Assembly (NCBI GenBank): GCA_964536205.1
Contig: CAZHVT010000003.1
Location: 12,271 to 72,897, forward strand
Direction of reading: 5' to 3'
Length of the DNA stretch: 60,627 nt
Origin: an uncultured Gammaproteobacteria bacterium
GTDB lineage: Bacteria > Patescibacteriota > Patescibacteriia > Magasanikbacterales > GCA-002688135
A program made the position numbers and the translations under genes. Every line of letters begins with the position of its first letter. Positions within the stretch are counted from its first letter, which is position 1. Shown piece after piece: positions 37,653 through 46,613 of this stretch. A model generated the notes under the pieces. It had not been told where the DNA came from. It did no database searches and saw nothing but the letters and a program-made list of their open reading frames with translations.

Positions 37653-38438
37653 ATGATTCCTTATTTTCAGTACACTCATTTTTTTATCGGCCCTGTACGC
37701 ATCCAAGTATGGGGTTTGTTTGTAGCACTCGGAGTTGTGGTTGCGGTGTGGTTGGCGACGCGAGAAGCGAAAAAGAGGGGATTGGATTGGAAGAAATTTT
37801 CTGATGCAGCTTTTTGGATTATTGTGTGGTCGTTTATTGGTGCGCGATTAGGACATGTGTTGTTTTATGAATGGGCGTATTATGCACAACATCTCGGCGA
37901 TATTTTTAAAATTTGGCATGGTGGATTTTCATCGTATGGAGGATTTATTGGTGGGACGGTTTCGGGATTTATTTTATTGAAAAAATATTCTGCACAACTA
38001 TTGAGTTATGCAGATTGTGTTGCATTAGGATTGTCTGCCGGTTGGACGATCGGGAGGATTGGATGTTTTTTCATTCATGACCACCCTGGAGTCATTACGA
38101 GTTTTGCTTTGGCGGTGCAAGAAAAATCTGAATGTGTGCCTGGTGAATTATGTGAATTAATTGCAGCGCGACACGATTTGGGTTTATATGATGGTATATT
38201 GACTGGAGTTATATTTGCACTGCTTGTTTTTTATAACAGAAGGAAACCAAAAACTGGCATGCTCATGGTTGTATTAATGATTGTGTATGGTTTTGTGAGA
38301 TTTTTCCTCGATTTCCTCCGCGCCACAGACTTGCCGCAAAGTGATATTCGGATATACTCACTTACACCAGCGCAATACTTGAGTATCGGATTGGTTGTGT
38401 GGGGTGTTTGGCTAGCAAGAAAAGTCTTGAAAAATTAG
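37653..38438 (+). CDS. lgt: Prolipoprotein diacylglyceryl transferase
   Basis: GGFSSYGGFIGG signature; multi-TM. Confidence 0.85.
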   Translation: MIPYFQYTHFFIGPVRIQVWGLFVALGVVVAVWLATREAKKRGLDWKKFSDAAFWIIVWSFIGARLGHVLFYEWAYYAQHLGDIFKIWHGGFSSYGGFIGGTVSGFILLKKYSAQLLSYADCVALGLSAGWTIGRIGCFFIHDHPGVITSFALAVQEKSECVPGELCELIAARHDLGLYDGILTGVIFALLVFYNRRKPKTGMLMVVLMIVYGFVRFFLDFLRATDLPQSDIRIYSLTPAQYLSIGLVVWGVWLARKVLKN

Positions 38439-38484
38439 ATCAATATCGACACTCGATGTCGATTCGACATCGAGTATCGAAATG

Positions 38485-38570
38485 AGGAGAGTTCGCCTAG
38501 TCTGGCCTATGGCGCTACCTTGGAAAGGTAGTGGGTTTGCGCCCACGCGGGTTCGAATCCCGCACTCTCC
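38485..38570 (+). tRNA. tRNA-Ser (anticodon GGA), type II with long variable arm
   Basis: Acceptor GGAGAGT/ACTCTCC, anticodon loop TTGGAAA, variable arm TGGGTTTGCGCCCA, T-loop GGGTTCGAATCCC. Confidence 0.8.
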
Positions 38571-38699
38571 GGATTTAAAGTTGCGTAGAGGATTAGAACC
38601 CCCTTCACGCGGGTAGCCCTCGTTCCTCGGGCCATCTCACTCATTGCGTTCGGATATGCAAAACTATCGTTTTTCATATCACTCACTTCATTCGTTCGT

Positions 38700-38717
38700 C
38701 CGAATCCCGCACTCTCC
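38700..38717 (+). repeat. 18-nt direct duplicate of the tRNA-Ser 3' end (CGAATCCCGCACTCTCCG)
   Basis: Identical to 38553-38570. Confidence 0.7.
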
Positions 38718-38796
38718 GTGTGTAAAAAATATTCTCAGGGGATGTTTTTGCTTTGTGCAATGTGTGATATACTCTCCGTATCTAAATGAATGAATT

Positions 38797-39066
38797 ATGG
38801 ATCCATATATTGAACTTTTACAGGCTCTTGTAGATTTTGAGCGTAAGGTTGTGGGGCCTATGATGACTCTCAAAAGATGCGAAGAGGCTGGTATACAGAT
38901 AGATGATGATCTGAATGTTGTGGGTTATGAAAAATCAGGACCCCAGTCGTATCAGCTTTTTTCTGGAGCAATTGCAAGATTGGGCGGTGATATATCCTTG
39001 AAACTTATCGGGAAATCTATTCAGCCTGTGCTAAAGAAATATCCCGATTTAAAGTTGGTTGAGTAA
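38797..39066 (+). CDS. Hypothetical protein (89 aa)
   Basis: ORF; -10-like TGTGATATACT upstream. Confidence 0.4.
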   Translation: MDPYIELLQALVDFERKVVGPMMTLKRCEEAGIQIDDDLNVVGYEKSGPQSYQLFSGAIARLGGDISLKLIGKSIQPVLKKYPDLKLVE

Positions 39067-39089
39067 TTTATTTTTTATATTACTAATTT

Positions 39090-39389
39090 TTGCTTATGGA
39101 TTTAGTAGAATTAATCCCAAATTTGATTGCAATGATAGCATCATTGATTGCTATATTTTTTCTTGCTCGATTTGCTATGCAAATGCGTGGTGGGAGCCTT
39201 GCAACAGTTGTTAATTTGCTTGTTTGGGGAATATTTTTGTCAGTTACTTTACATGCAGCGTTTGAGTTGGGTAGTCTCTATGGTTTGATTAGCGGCGAGA
39301 CTTTATTTGTTGTGATGGGTACACTTCTTTCAATTGGTTCGATATTGTTTATCGTTGCTGGATATTTGGGATTGAAGGCAAATAGATAA
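39090..39389 (+). CDS. Hypothetical membrane protein (99 aa, 3 TM)
   Basis: Hydrophobic profile. Confidence 0.4.
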   Translation: MLMDLVELIPNLIAMIASLIAIFFLARFAMQMRGGSLATVVNLLVWGIFLSVTLHAAFELGSLYGLISGETLFVVMGTLLSIGSILFIVAGYLGLKANR

Positions 39390-39405
39390 TCTTGGCAGGA
39401 GGTTT

Positions 39406-39606
39406 GTGATGAGTGATTATTGGGATCGGACGAATCGGATTATTCGTGAAGGGCGTGTGCCGCGATGTGCGTGTGGTGAAGTAAAGATTGCTGCGGATGA
39501 TCATGGGACATTTCAGTGTTTTACTTGTGATGTGCTTGGTGGTGGTCGACGTCTTGCTTCTGGCAAAAAAGCGCCGAATTTTGAAAAAGTTGAGTCTAAG
39601 GATTAG
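39406..39606 (+). CDS. Small zinc-ribbon protein (CxC...CxxC)
   Basis: RCACGE..CFTCD; SD AGGAGG upstream. Confidence 0.4.
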   Translation: MMSDYWDRTNRIIREGRVPRCACGEVKIAADDHGTFQCFTCDVLGGGRRLASGKKAPNFEKVESKD

Positions 39607-39627
39607 GGGAAATTGTCCCCTTTTTTT
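39606..39627 (+). terminator. GGGGAAATTGTCCCC + T7
   Basis: Direct read. Confidence 0.65.
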
Positions 39628-39755
39628 GTTTGAGGTGTAGGCATGTCAAAATGGTCTACTTCAAGTCTATACAGATGATATGGTATAATAAGGACGATTT
39701 AACGTAGGTAGTATAATGGTTTTAGAATGATTGCTATTTTTTAATGTAAGAGTTT

Positions 39756-40946
39756 GTGTTTAGAAATATAAAAATAAAAACAAAATTAGTCATCAGCTCA
39801 TTATTGGTTTCAATCTTCGCTCTTGGTGTTGTTGGTGGCCTATCCTTTAATGCTGCAAAAAAAGCGCTTGAGAACGAGCTTTTCGACAAGGCCAGCTCTC
39901 TGTCGGAGGAAAAGGAATTATTGCTGGAGGCTTTTTTGGAAACGCAGTTGGCTAATTTACGATATCTTGCGCAGGATCCAACTGTTGTGCGACTTACTAA
40001 AAAAATGGTTAACTTTGATGGAAGTTCTTCTGAAGAAGATCAACAAGATGCTTACCAAGAACTTAAAAAACATCTTACTGCATTTGCTGATTTCTATGGT
40101 GGGCCGGGAATGGATGGAGGAACTTATGCTGATGTGATGATAGCTGATTTGACTGGATATATGTGGATTGGAACATATGGTCCGGATGAAGGAGGAAATG
40201 AATTTGATACAGAATGGTTTAGAGAAAGTAATAAGGGTATTTATTTGGGAGATATTAGTTATAATCCCACCATGCGCCAGACGACCCAAATTGCTGCTAT
40301 CCCAATTAAAGATGGGCAAAAACATATTGCCATTTTGCAACTAGAAACAAACATAAGGTCTATTAATGAAATAGTGAATCGGCCATCTGAACGTGGAATT
40401 GCTGGTGATTCATATATTCTGAGTAGTGGAAATGTTATTTTGACTGATCTTGTGTCTGATAAAAAAGCTCGAGGAAATCATCAAATAAATAATATTGCTA
40501 CACAAGCAGCTCGAGAGACAGGTGAGGAGGTTGCATTGTTGTATGATAATCACAATGATGTTTCGGTTGTTGGTTCTGTTCATCAATTTTCAAATTTGCA
40601 AGGAGGACATGGTGGTGATGATCATGACTTATTAGTAGATCTTGAGTGGTTGATTGTAACTGAATTGGAGGTTTCTGAAACGGTTGGTGCTTTGAGAAAT
40701 CAACTTATATTATTTAGTTTTTTGGTTATCTTGATGACTGCAATTTTGTTTTATCTGATGGCTAGTGCTATTTCAAAGTCTATTAAAAAGGTTCGTAACG
40801 TAGCTATTGAAATTGCTCGTGGTAATATGGACGTAGAAGTTGATATATCGGGAAAAGATGAGATTGCAGAACTTTCTCAAGCTATTGAAAAAATGAGAAC
40901 AAGTTTGAGGGTTGTAATGGAGGAGTATGAGAGAAAGTTACAATAA
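39756..40946 (+). CDS. Membrane sensor: TM - periplasmic (Cache-like) domain - TM - HAMP, with no output domain
   Basis: Two TM segments; HAMP heptads in the C-terminal 55 aa; GTG start. Confidence 0.55.
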   Translation: MFRNIKIKTKLVISSLLVSIFALGVVGGLSFNAAKKALENELFDKASSLSEEKELLLEAFLETQLANLRYLAQDPTVVRLTKKMVNFDGSSSEEDQQDAYQELKKHLTAFADFYGGPGMDGGTYADVMIADLTGYMWIGTYGPDEGGNEFDTEWFRESNKGIYLGDISYNPTMRQTTQIAAIPIKDGQKHIAILQLETNIRSINEIVNRPSERGIAGDSYILSSGNVILTDLVSDKKARGNHQINNIATQAARETGEEVALLYDNHNDVSVVGSVHQFSNLQGGHGGDDHDLLVDLEWLIVTELEVSETVGALRNQLILFSFLVILMTAILFYLMASAISKSIKKVRNVAIEIARGNMDVEVDISGKDEIAELSQAIEKMRTSLRVVMEEYERKLQ

Positions 40947-40976
40947 TTGATACTCTTTTATTTATTAGTAACATAC

Positions 40977-41003
40977 AAAAGCCAGAATGATTCTGGTTTT
41001 TTT
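40977..41003 (+). terminator. AAAAGCCAGAATGATTCTGG + T7
   Basis: Direct read. Confidence 0.65.
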
Positions 41004-41053
41004 GTGGCGATTCTTAACTTGCTTCGAGTCGGTCATGTGGTACTATTTGTGAT

Positions 41054-41824
41054 ATGAATTGGGCATTAATTACAGGGGCATCATCAGGAATTGGGAGGGA
41101 ATTAGCGTTATTGGCTGCGTCTGACGGTTATGATGTTGTTTTGGTTGCACGTCGGGAGGAGAAGTTGAATGAATTGGCGAGAGAAATTGGTGAGAAGTTT
41201 GATGTGAAAACTCATGTGGAATCAATTGATTTGTCTGCTATGAATGGAGCTGATTTGTTGTTTGATTCATTGGTACATGAGGGTATTGTTATTGATGTCT
41301 TGGTGAATAATGCCGGGTTTGGTTTGGCGGGGAATTATATTGAAACAGATGCAAAACGTGAGCGTCAGATGATCGATTTAAATATTACTGCCTTGACTCG
41401 TTTGACCCGTCTTTTTTTACCGGGTATGCTCTCTCGACAGCATGGGTATGTTATGCAAGTTGCAAGTGTTGCTGGGTTTTTTCCCGGTGCATATATGAGT
41501 GTGTATTTTGCAACTAAAGCGTATGTTTTGAATTATGCTGAAGGTTTGGCGGAGGAATTGAAGGGGACTGGTGTGTATGTCACCGCTTTGTGTCCAGGTG
41601 CTACGAAAACGGAATTTTTTGATGTTGCAACTTCTGCGGAGGGTGGTTTGAAAAAAATTAAGGGTCAGCCGAGCGCGCGCGATGTTGCGGAATTTGGGTG
41701 GCAAGCAATGAAAGATAAACAAGTTGTCGCAGTGCATGGTTTTAAAAATAGATTATTTATTTTCTTGTCACGACTAGTTCCGCGAGCATTTGTGCGCGGG
41801 CGAGTTGGACAAATTAACAAATAG
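41054..41824 (+). CDS. SDR-family oxidoreductase
   Basis: TGASSGIGRELA, NNAG, YxxxK (YFATKAY) motifs. Confidence 0.85.
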   Translation: MNWALITGASSGIGRELALLAASDGYDVVLVARREEKLNELAREIGEKFDVKTHVESIDLSAMNGADLLFDSLVHEGIVIDVLVNNAGFGLAGNYIETDAKRERQMIDLNITALTRLTRLFLPGMLSRQHGYVMQVASVAGFFPGAYMSVYFATKAYVLNYAEGLAEELKGTGVYVTALCPGATKTEFFDVATSAEGGLKKIKGQPSARDVAEFGWQAMKDKQVVAVHGFKNRLFIFLSRLVPRAFVRGRVGQINK

Positions 41825-41825
41825 T

Positions 41826-42614
41826 ATGGAAGAACAACATGAACAGGAGGGGCAATTATCAAAAAGTGAACGCAGGGAAGCTCGATTGGAAGAACGTCAT
41901 GCGAGAGAAGAATCAGAGCGAAATTCTCGTGCACATAAAAAACGCATGAAATGGGTGTGGGTATTTTTGATTTTGGGTGCGATTGTGTATGGAATTATTA
42001 CATTGAATGACGGTCCAAAACAAACAGACGAATTAGGTAATTTGATTATTGGTACGATGGCACATGAGAGTGATTGGTCAAAAGGAAATCCGGAAGCTCC
42101 AAATGTGTTGGTTGAATATTCTGATTTTCAGTGTCCAGCGTGCGCGTCATATCACACTCCAGTGAAACGATTGATTGAAAATATTGGTGATGATGTGCGA
42201 TTGGTGTATCGACATTTTCCATTGCGACAGGCTCATCCCAATGCGCAGTTAGCAGGACAAGCGGCTGAAGCCGCGGGTATGCAGGGGAAATTTTTTGAGA
42301 TGCATGATATTTTATTTGCGCGACAATCTGATTGGTCACATGGAAGCCCCGAAGATAAATTTCTTGCATATGCAGGTGAGCTGGAATTAGATGTTGATCA
42401 GTTTAAGAAAGATATGAAATCAAAAATTGCGCGTAATGGTGTTAATGATGATTTCGATTCAGGATTAAAAGCGAATGTTAATTCAACGCCGACGTTTTTC
42501 TTAAATGGTCAACTTATTAAACCTCAACCGGATTATGAAACCTTCCGCGCCATCATCCGCGCAGCCATCCCAGAGCCGGCAGCAGAAATCGCCACCTCTA
42601 CACCAGAAGCTTAA
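41826..42614 (+). CDS. DsbA-like thiol:disulfide oxidoreductase, membrane-anchored
   Basis: CPAC active site in a thioredoxin fold; N-terminal TM. Confidence 0.75.
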   Translation: MEEQHEQEGQLSKSERREARLEERHAREESERNSRAHKKRMKWVWVFLILGAIVYGIITLNDGPKQTDELGNLIIGTMAHESDWSKGNPEAPNVLVEYSDFQCPACASYHTPVKRLIENIGDDVRLVYRHFPLRQAHPNAQLAGQAAEAAGMQGKFFEMHDILFARQSDWSHGSPEDKFLAYAGELELDVDQFKKDMKSKIARNGVNDDFDSGLKANVNSTPTFFLNGQLIKPQPDYETFRAIIRAAIPEPAAEIATSTPEA

Positions 42615-43026
42615 GCCGTGGTTGTTTGCAGTCATTGCAATTTCTTTGATCGGATTTATTGATGCGACATATTTGACTGTGTTACATCTTGATGGAGAGA
42701 CACCGAAATGTAAGTTGATTGAGGGGTGTGATGTTGTTACGACAAGTTCTTATGCTGAAGTGTTTGGAATTCCTGTTGCGTTGTTTGGTGCTTTGGGGTA
42801 TTTGAGTATTTTGTTGTTGGCATTGCATTATCAAGATTCTCGTTGGTTAGTTGAATTGAGGTTGATTTCATTTCTGTCTTTTGTTGCACTTCTTGCGTCG
42901 GCTTGGTTTGTGTATCTGCAAGCATTTGTTATTGGGGCTTGGTGTCAGTATTGTTTGTTATCAGCAACTACTTCGATTTTGTTGTTTTTGATCGGTGTGA
43001 GGCTTTACATATTGTCCAAAGATTGA
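42505..43026 (+). CDS. VKOR-family protein; start uncertain (ATG 42505 overlaps DsbA by 110 nt; alternative TTG at 42622)
   Basis: 4-TM topology with loop Cys pair (CKLIEGC) and CQYC redox motif. Confidence 0.6.
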   Translation: MVNLLNLNRIMKPSAPSSAQPSQSRQQKSPPLHQKLKPWLFAVIAISLIGFIDATYLTVLHLDGETPKCKLIEGCDVVTTSSYAEVFGIPVALFGALGYLSILLLALHYQDSRWLVELRLISFLSFVALLASAWFVYLQAFVIGAWCQYCLLSATTSILLFLIGVRLYILSKD

Positions 43027-43045
43027 TATACTCGCGATCGTTAAT

Positions 43046-43130
43046 GGAGAGATGTCTGAGCGGTTTAAGGAGCTGGTCTTGAAAACCAGTGTGGGGAAAC
43101 TCACCCAGGGTTCGAATCCCTGTCTCTCCG
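43046..43130 (+). tRNA. tRNA-Ser (anticodon UGA), type II
   Basis: Acceptor GGAGAGA/TCTCTCC, anticodon loop CTTGAAA, long variable arm, T-loop GGTTCGAATCC. Confidence 0.8.
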
Positions 43131-43140
43131 TATTAAGAAA

Positions 43141-43166
43141 GCGACGCTACGAAGTGTCGTTTTTTT
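43141..43166 (+). terminator. Imperfect hairpin + T7 after the tRNA
   Basis: GCGACGCTACGAAGTGTCGTTTTTTT. Confidence 0.45.
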
Positions 43167-43183
43167 GAAACATAGGAGGATGC

Positions 43184-45448
43184 ATGAGTTTGTTTTCGAG
43201 TTTAGATCTTTCAAAACTTACGATTGAAGAATTGCGCGAGCAGATTGTTGGTCGAGATGTTGTGTTGGATGGACCATTTGGTCCTCGGAATATTCTGTAT
43301 GCAGATTATACTGCGACAGGACGATCGATTGAGAGTGTTGACATGGTGAGTGATTCAGATGGATGGGCGGTTGCAGATCAAGGTCAGATTCATCATTATG
43401 ATGGAGTAAGTTGGACGGAGCATACAGATACAGGTAATGAGAAGTGGAACACGGTGTTTATGGTTTCCGCGTCTGATGGATGGGTTGCGGGAGATGGTGG
43501 TAGTTTTGCGCAGTACAATGGCACATCATGGACAGAGTCGAATGCGCCTTCTAATAAAAATATCAATGGTATTCATGTATTGAATTCGAATTTTGGTTTT
43601 GCAGTTGCTGATTCTGGGGATATTCACGAATATAATGGATCGTCATGGGTTGCTACATCATCGCCAACAAATCTTACTTTGAATGATGTGTTTGTATTGT
43701 CTACAACTAATGCGTGGATTGCGGCTGATAATGGAGTTGTATTGCATTTTGATGGAAATAGTTGGACAGAGCAGCAGGATGTGGGTACAGAAAATTTGGA
43801 TGGTATAGCTATGATATCGCCAACGCTTGGTTGGACGGTTGGTAATAATGGATCTATGTTTTCGTGGAATGGAAGTGTCTGGTCTGATGAAGTCGATTCT
43901 GGAACTGAAAAATTGAATGATATTGTGATGATTGATGCGGAAAATGGGTGGGCTGTTGGTGAGGGTGGAAAATTAATGGTCTTGGGTTTATTTTCGCAGG
44001 ATACCGGGACATTTGAATCAGAGATTATTGATAGTGGTAAAACGGGTAGTGATTGGTCGACGGTGTACTGGAGTGAATCTTTTCCTGTGGGAGGTGATGT
44101 GACGATTGCGACGCGTACTGGAGATACCGCAACACCAGATGGCACGTGGTCTGGGTGGAGTGCTGAATTGACCTCTGAACTGGGTTCTTCCATTGTTTCT
44201 GGTGATTCTCGTTATCTTCAGTATCGTGCAACCCTTGATCGTCCTGGTGCTGTTACGTCAACCTCGCGACTGGCGGATTTGACGGTGGTGTACGATCAAC
44301 CAACATCACAGCATTTATGGGATATTAGTTTATTTTCGAGTAGTTCTATTTGGGCGGTAGGAAGTGGTGGGGTGTTTGTTGAGTATGATGGCACGAGCTG
44401 GACGGCAACTACATCTCCTGCAACTTCAGCTGTAGTTTCTGGTGTTGATATGGTTTCAGCGAGTGATGTGTGGGCTGTGACGCAAGCGGGGGAAATGGTT
44501 CATTATGACGGCAGTGCGTTTACTATGCACACGGATACGGGAAATGAAAAGTGGAATAGTGTTGATATGATTACGACATCTGATGGTTGGGCGGTTGGTG
44601 ATGGTGGTGCGATTGCGTATTACAATGGAACAACATGGGATGACACGATTACGTCTCCGACTGGTGTTGTGTTGAATCGCGTTGTGGCGATCGCTACCGA
44701 TGATGTATGGGCTGTGGGAAATTCTGGAGAGATTTTGCATTATAATGGTTCGAGTTGGTCTATTCATACAGATTTGGCAGCTAATTCTGCTTTGTATGGT
44801 ATTTCATATGTGAGCTCCACGAATATTCATGCAGTTGGAACGAGTGGAAAATTTAATGAGTATAATGGAACGTCGTGGTCGGAAATTTTGGATACAGGGG
44901 TTGAAACGTGGACATCGGTAGTGTTAGTTGCGTCAGATGATGGATGGGCTGCGGGAGATGGTGGTGAGCTTGCTCGTTGGAATGGTTCTTCGTGGAGTTC
45001 TGACGTGCAATCGCCTACATCTCGTCATATTTCGCGTTTTGCTATGGTTGATGCGACGCTTGGTTGGGCTGTGGGAAATAATGGAACGATGCTAAAATTT
45101 GAACGTGACGCGCAATATAAGACTGCTGGTATATTTACGTCATCTGCATTTGATATGGGTGATGCGTCACCTACATATGTGATTGAATGGGATGAAACTA
45201 TTCCTACTTGTACGCCTGCTTGTACGGTGAAGTTGCAGGTTTCGACTGCGCCGGATGATGGCGGGTCTCCGGGAACATTTACTGATTGGTATGGAGCTTC
45301 TGGTGCAGGTACGTATTATACTGCGGCTTCAGGCACACTACTTTCAACTGATTTAAACCATCGTCAGTGGATAAGATATCGGGCAACGTTCGCTGGTGAT
45401 GGAATTGAAACACCGGTATTAACAGAGGTTCGTCTCAACTATCGTTGA
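43184..45448 (+). CDS. Large repeat protein: two beta-propeller-like arrays of about 42-aa repeats (..SDGWAVGDGG..I..YNG(T/S)SW..), each followed by an approx. 100-aa module ending ..RY(L/I)(Q/R)YRAT..; pilus-cluster associated
   Basis: About 14 repeats of W-x5-G-x3-Y(D/N)G-x-SW; internal duplication of the domain pair. Confidence 0.6.
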   Translation: MSLFSSLDLSKLTIEELREQIVGRDVVLDGPFGPRNILYADYTATGRSIESVDMVSDSDGWAVADQGQIHHYDGVSWTEHTDTGNEKWNTVFMVSASDGWVAGDGGSFAQYNGTSWTESNAPSNKNINGIHVLNSNFGFAVADSGDIHEYNGSSWVATSSPTNLTLNDVFVLSTTNAWIAADNGVVLHFDGNSWTEQQDVGTENLDGIAMISPTLGWTVGNNGSMFSWNGSVWSDEVDSGTEKLNDIVMIDAENGWAVGEGGKLMVLGLFSQDTGTFESEIIDSGKTGSDWSTVYWSESFPVGGDVTIATRTGDTATPDGTWSGWSAELTSELGSSIVSGDSRYLQYRATLDRPGAVTSTSRLADLTVVYDQPTSQHLWDISLFSSSSIWAVGSGGVFVEYDGTSWTATTSPATSAVVSGVDMVSASDVWAVTQAGEMVHYDGSAFTMHTDTGNEKWNSVDMITTSDGWAVGDGGAIAYYNGTTWDDTITSPTGVVLNRVVAIATDDVWAVGNSGEILHYNGSSWSIHTDLAANSALYGISYVSSTNIHAVGTSGKFNEYNGTSWSEILDTGVETWTSVVLVASDDGWAAGDGGELARWNGSSWSSDVQSPTSRHISRFAMVDATLGWAVGNNGTMLKFERDAQYKTAGIFTSSAFDMGDASPTYVIEWDETIPTCTPACTVKLQVSTAPDDGGSPGTFTDWYGASGAGTYYTAASGTLLSTDLNHRQWIRYRATFAGDGIETPVLTEVRLNYR

Positions 45449-45451
45449 GTA

Positions 45452-45503
45452 AGCGATTAGCGATTAGAGGGTGCTGTCTACTAATCGCTAAACACTAAAC
45501 GCT
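45452..45503. repeat. TAGCGATTAG / CTAATCGCTAAAC hairpin (11-bp stem, 13-nt loop) + TAAACGC repeats abutting the 45511 ATG
   Basis: Direct read. Confidence 0.65.
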
Positions 45504-45510
45504 GTACGCT

Positions 45511-46020
45511 ATGAAAAAAGGATTTACATTAGTAGAAACAATAATTTATATCGGCATTATTAGTATTGTGCTTGTTGCGTTTGTTCGTTTTGTATTGAGT
45601 ATTTCAACAGCGCGTGAAAAGAATTTTGTTGTTGCTGAAGTGCAGGATCAAGCTCGGCATGCTATGGATGTGTTGGGGCAGCGTATTCGATTGGCTGATA
45701 GTATTTTAACTGCATCGTCCACATTTGATGTTGATCCGAGTGTTTTGGCTTTGACGATGACGTCATCAACAATTAATCCGACAGTATTTCAATTGACGGC
45801 TGATAATGGAATTTTGCAAATTACAGAAGGATCCGGAAGTGCGGTTTCTATTACGGGTGATAATTTGCGTGTGACAAGGTTTTTAGTGACTGATACAACT
45901 TCCAGTTCTCCTCGTGGAAGTGCACATGTATATTTAGAAGTTGAGTATAATAATTTGTCAGGGGATCCTCGTTTGGATTTTTCTCAGGAATTTCAAACAA
46001 CCATGGGTTTGAGACAATAG
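45511..46020 (+). CDS. Pilin-like / minor pilin (prepilin N-terminus KKG|FTLVETIIYIGIISIVLVA)
   Basis: Class III signal motif. Confidence 0.65.
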   Translation: MKKGFTLVETIIYIGIISIVLVAFVRFVLSISTAREKNFVVAEVQDQARHAMDVLGQRIRLADSILTASSTFDVDPSVLALTMTSSTINPTVFQLTADNGILQITEGSGSAVSITGDNLRVTRFLVTDTTSSSPRGSAHVYLEVEYNNLSGDPRLDFSQEFQTTMGLRQ

Positions 46021-46021
46021 A

Positions 46022-46105
46022 AATTAGCGATTAGCGTGAAGCGTTTAGCGATTAGTAGGCAGTACCCTCTAATCGCTAAACGCTAAAAGCTAAACGCTAA
46101 ACGCT
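46022..46105. repeat. Hairpin AGCGTTTAGCGATTAG-loop-CTAATCGCTAAACGCT (16-bp perfect stem) in an array of TAGCGAT/TAAACGC heptamers
   Basis: Loop is the near reverse complement of the 45452 loop, so the unit occurs in both orientations. Confidence 0.7.
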
Positions 46106-46111
46106 TTCCTC

Positions 46112-46531
46112 ATGTATTCATCTACCAAACAAAAAGGAGCGGTTGCACTTATCACTGTTATTATTGTTGGTTCGGCTGCTTTAATCATGGCGTTTAATGC
46201 GATTCTTTTGGGGTTGAATGAAATTGAAATCGGGACGCTGCATAAAAAGAGTGCGCAAGCATTTGGGATTGCGGATGGTTGTATGGAGGAGTCTCTTATT
46301 CAGATCAGAAAAGATAATACGTATGGAGTTGGTTCGGGTACAATTTTATTGTCTCTGCTTGATGAAACCTGTACAATAGTGGTAACTGATTTGGGATCGA
46401 ATCAACGTCGCGTGAATGTTTTGTCTACTGTAGATGAGGAATATCATAAACGACTTGAGGTGACGTTAACGTTGACAGGAACGAATTTGAATATTATTAC
46501 GATTGATACGTGGGAGGAAAAAGATTCTTAG
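46112..46531 (+). CDS. Pilin-like protein (atypical N-terminus QKG|AVALITVIIVGSAAL)
   Basis: Hydrophobic N-terminal helix after a G; pilus cluster context. Confidence 0.45.
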   Translation: MYSSTKQKGAVALITVIIVGSAALIMAFNAILLGLNEIEIGTLHKKSAQAFGIADGCMEESLIQIRKDNTYGVGSGTILLSLLDETCTIVVTDLGSNQRRVNVLSTVDEEYHKRLEVTLTLTGTNLNIITIDTWEEKDS

Positions 46532-46537
46532 AAACAA

Positions 46538-46606
46538 GGGATTAGCGTTTAGCATTTGGCGTTTAGAAAGCAGCCTCTAATCGCTAAATGCTAATCGCTA
46601 AACGCT
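46538..46606. repeat. Imperfect long hairpin of TAGCGTTTAGCATTTGGCGTTTAG / CTAATCGCTAAATGCTAATCGCTAAACGC abutting the 46614 ATG
   Basis: Direct read. Confidence 0.6.
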
Positions 46607-46613
46607 TTCATCT

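Noticed and set aside
38572-38720. tmRNA or second tRNA between tRNA-Ser and its 3'-end duplicate
   Set aside because: Only the 3' acceptor/T-arm-like 18 nt is duplicated; no 5' acceptor partner, no resume-codon or tag ORF, and 130 nt is too short for tmRNA
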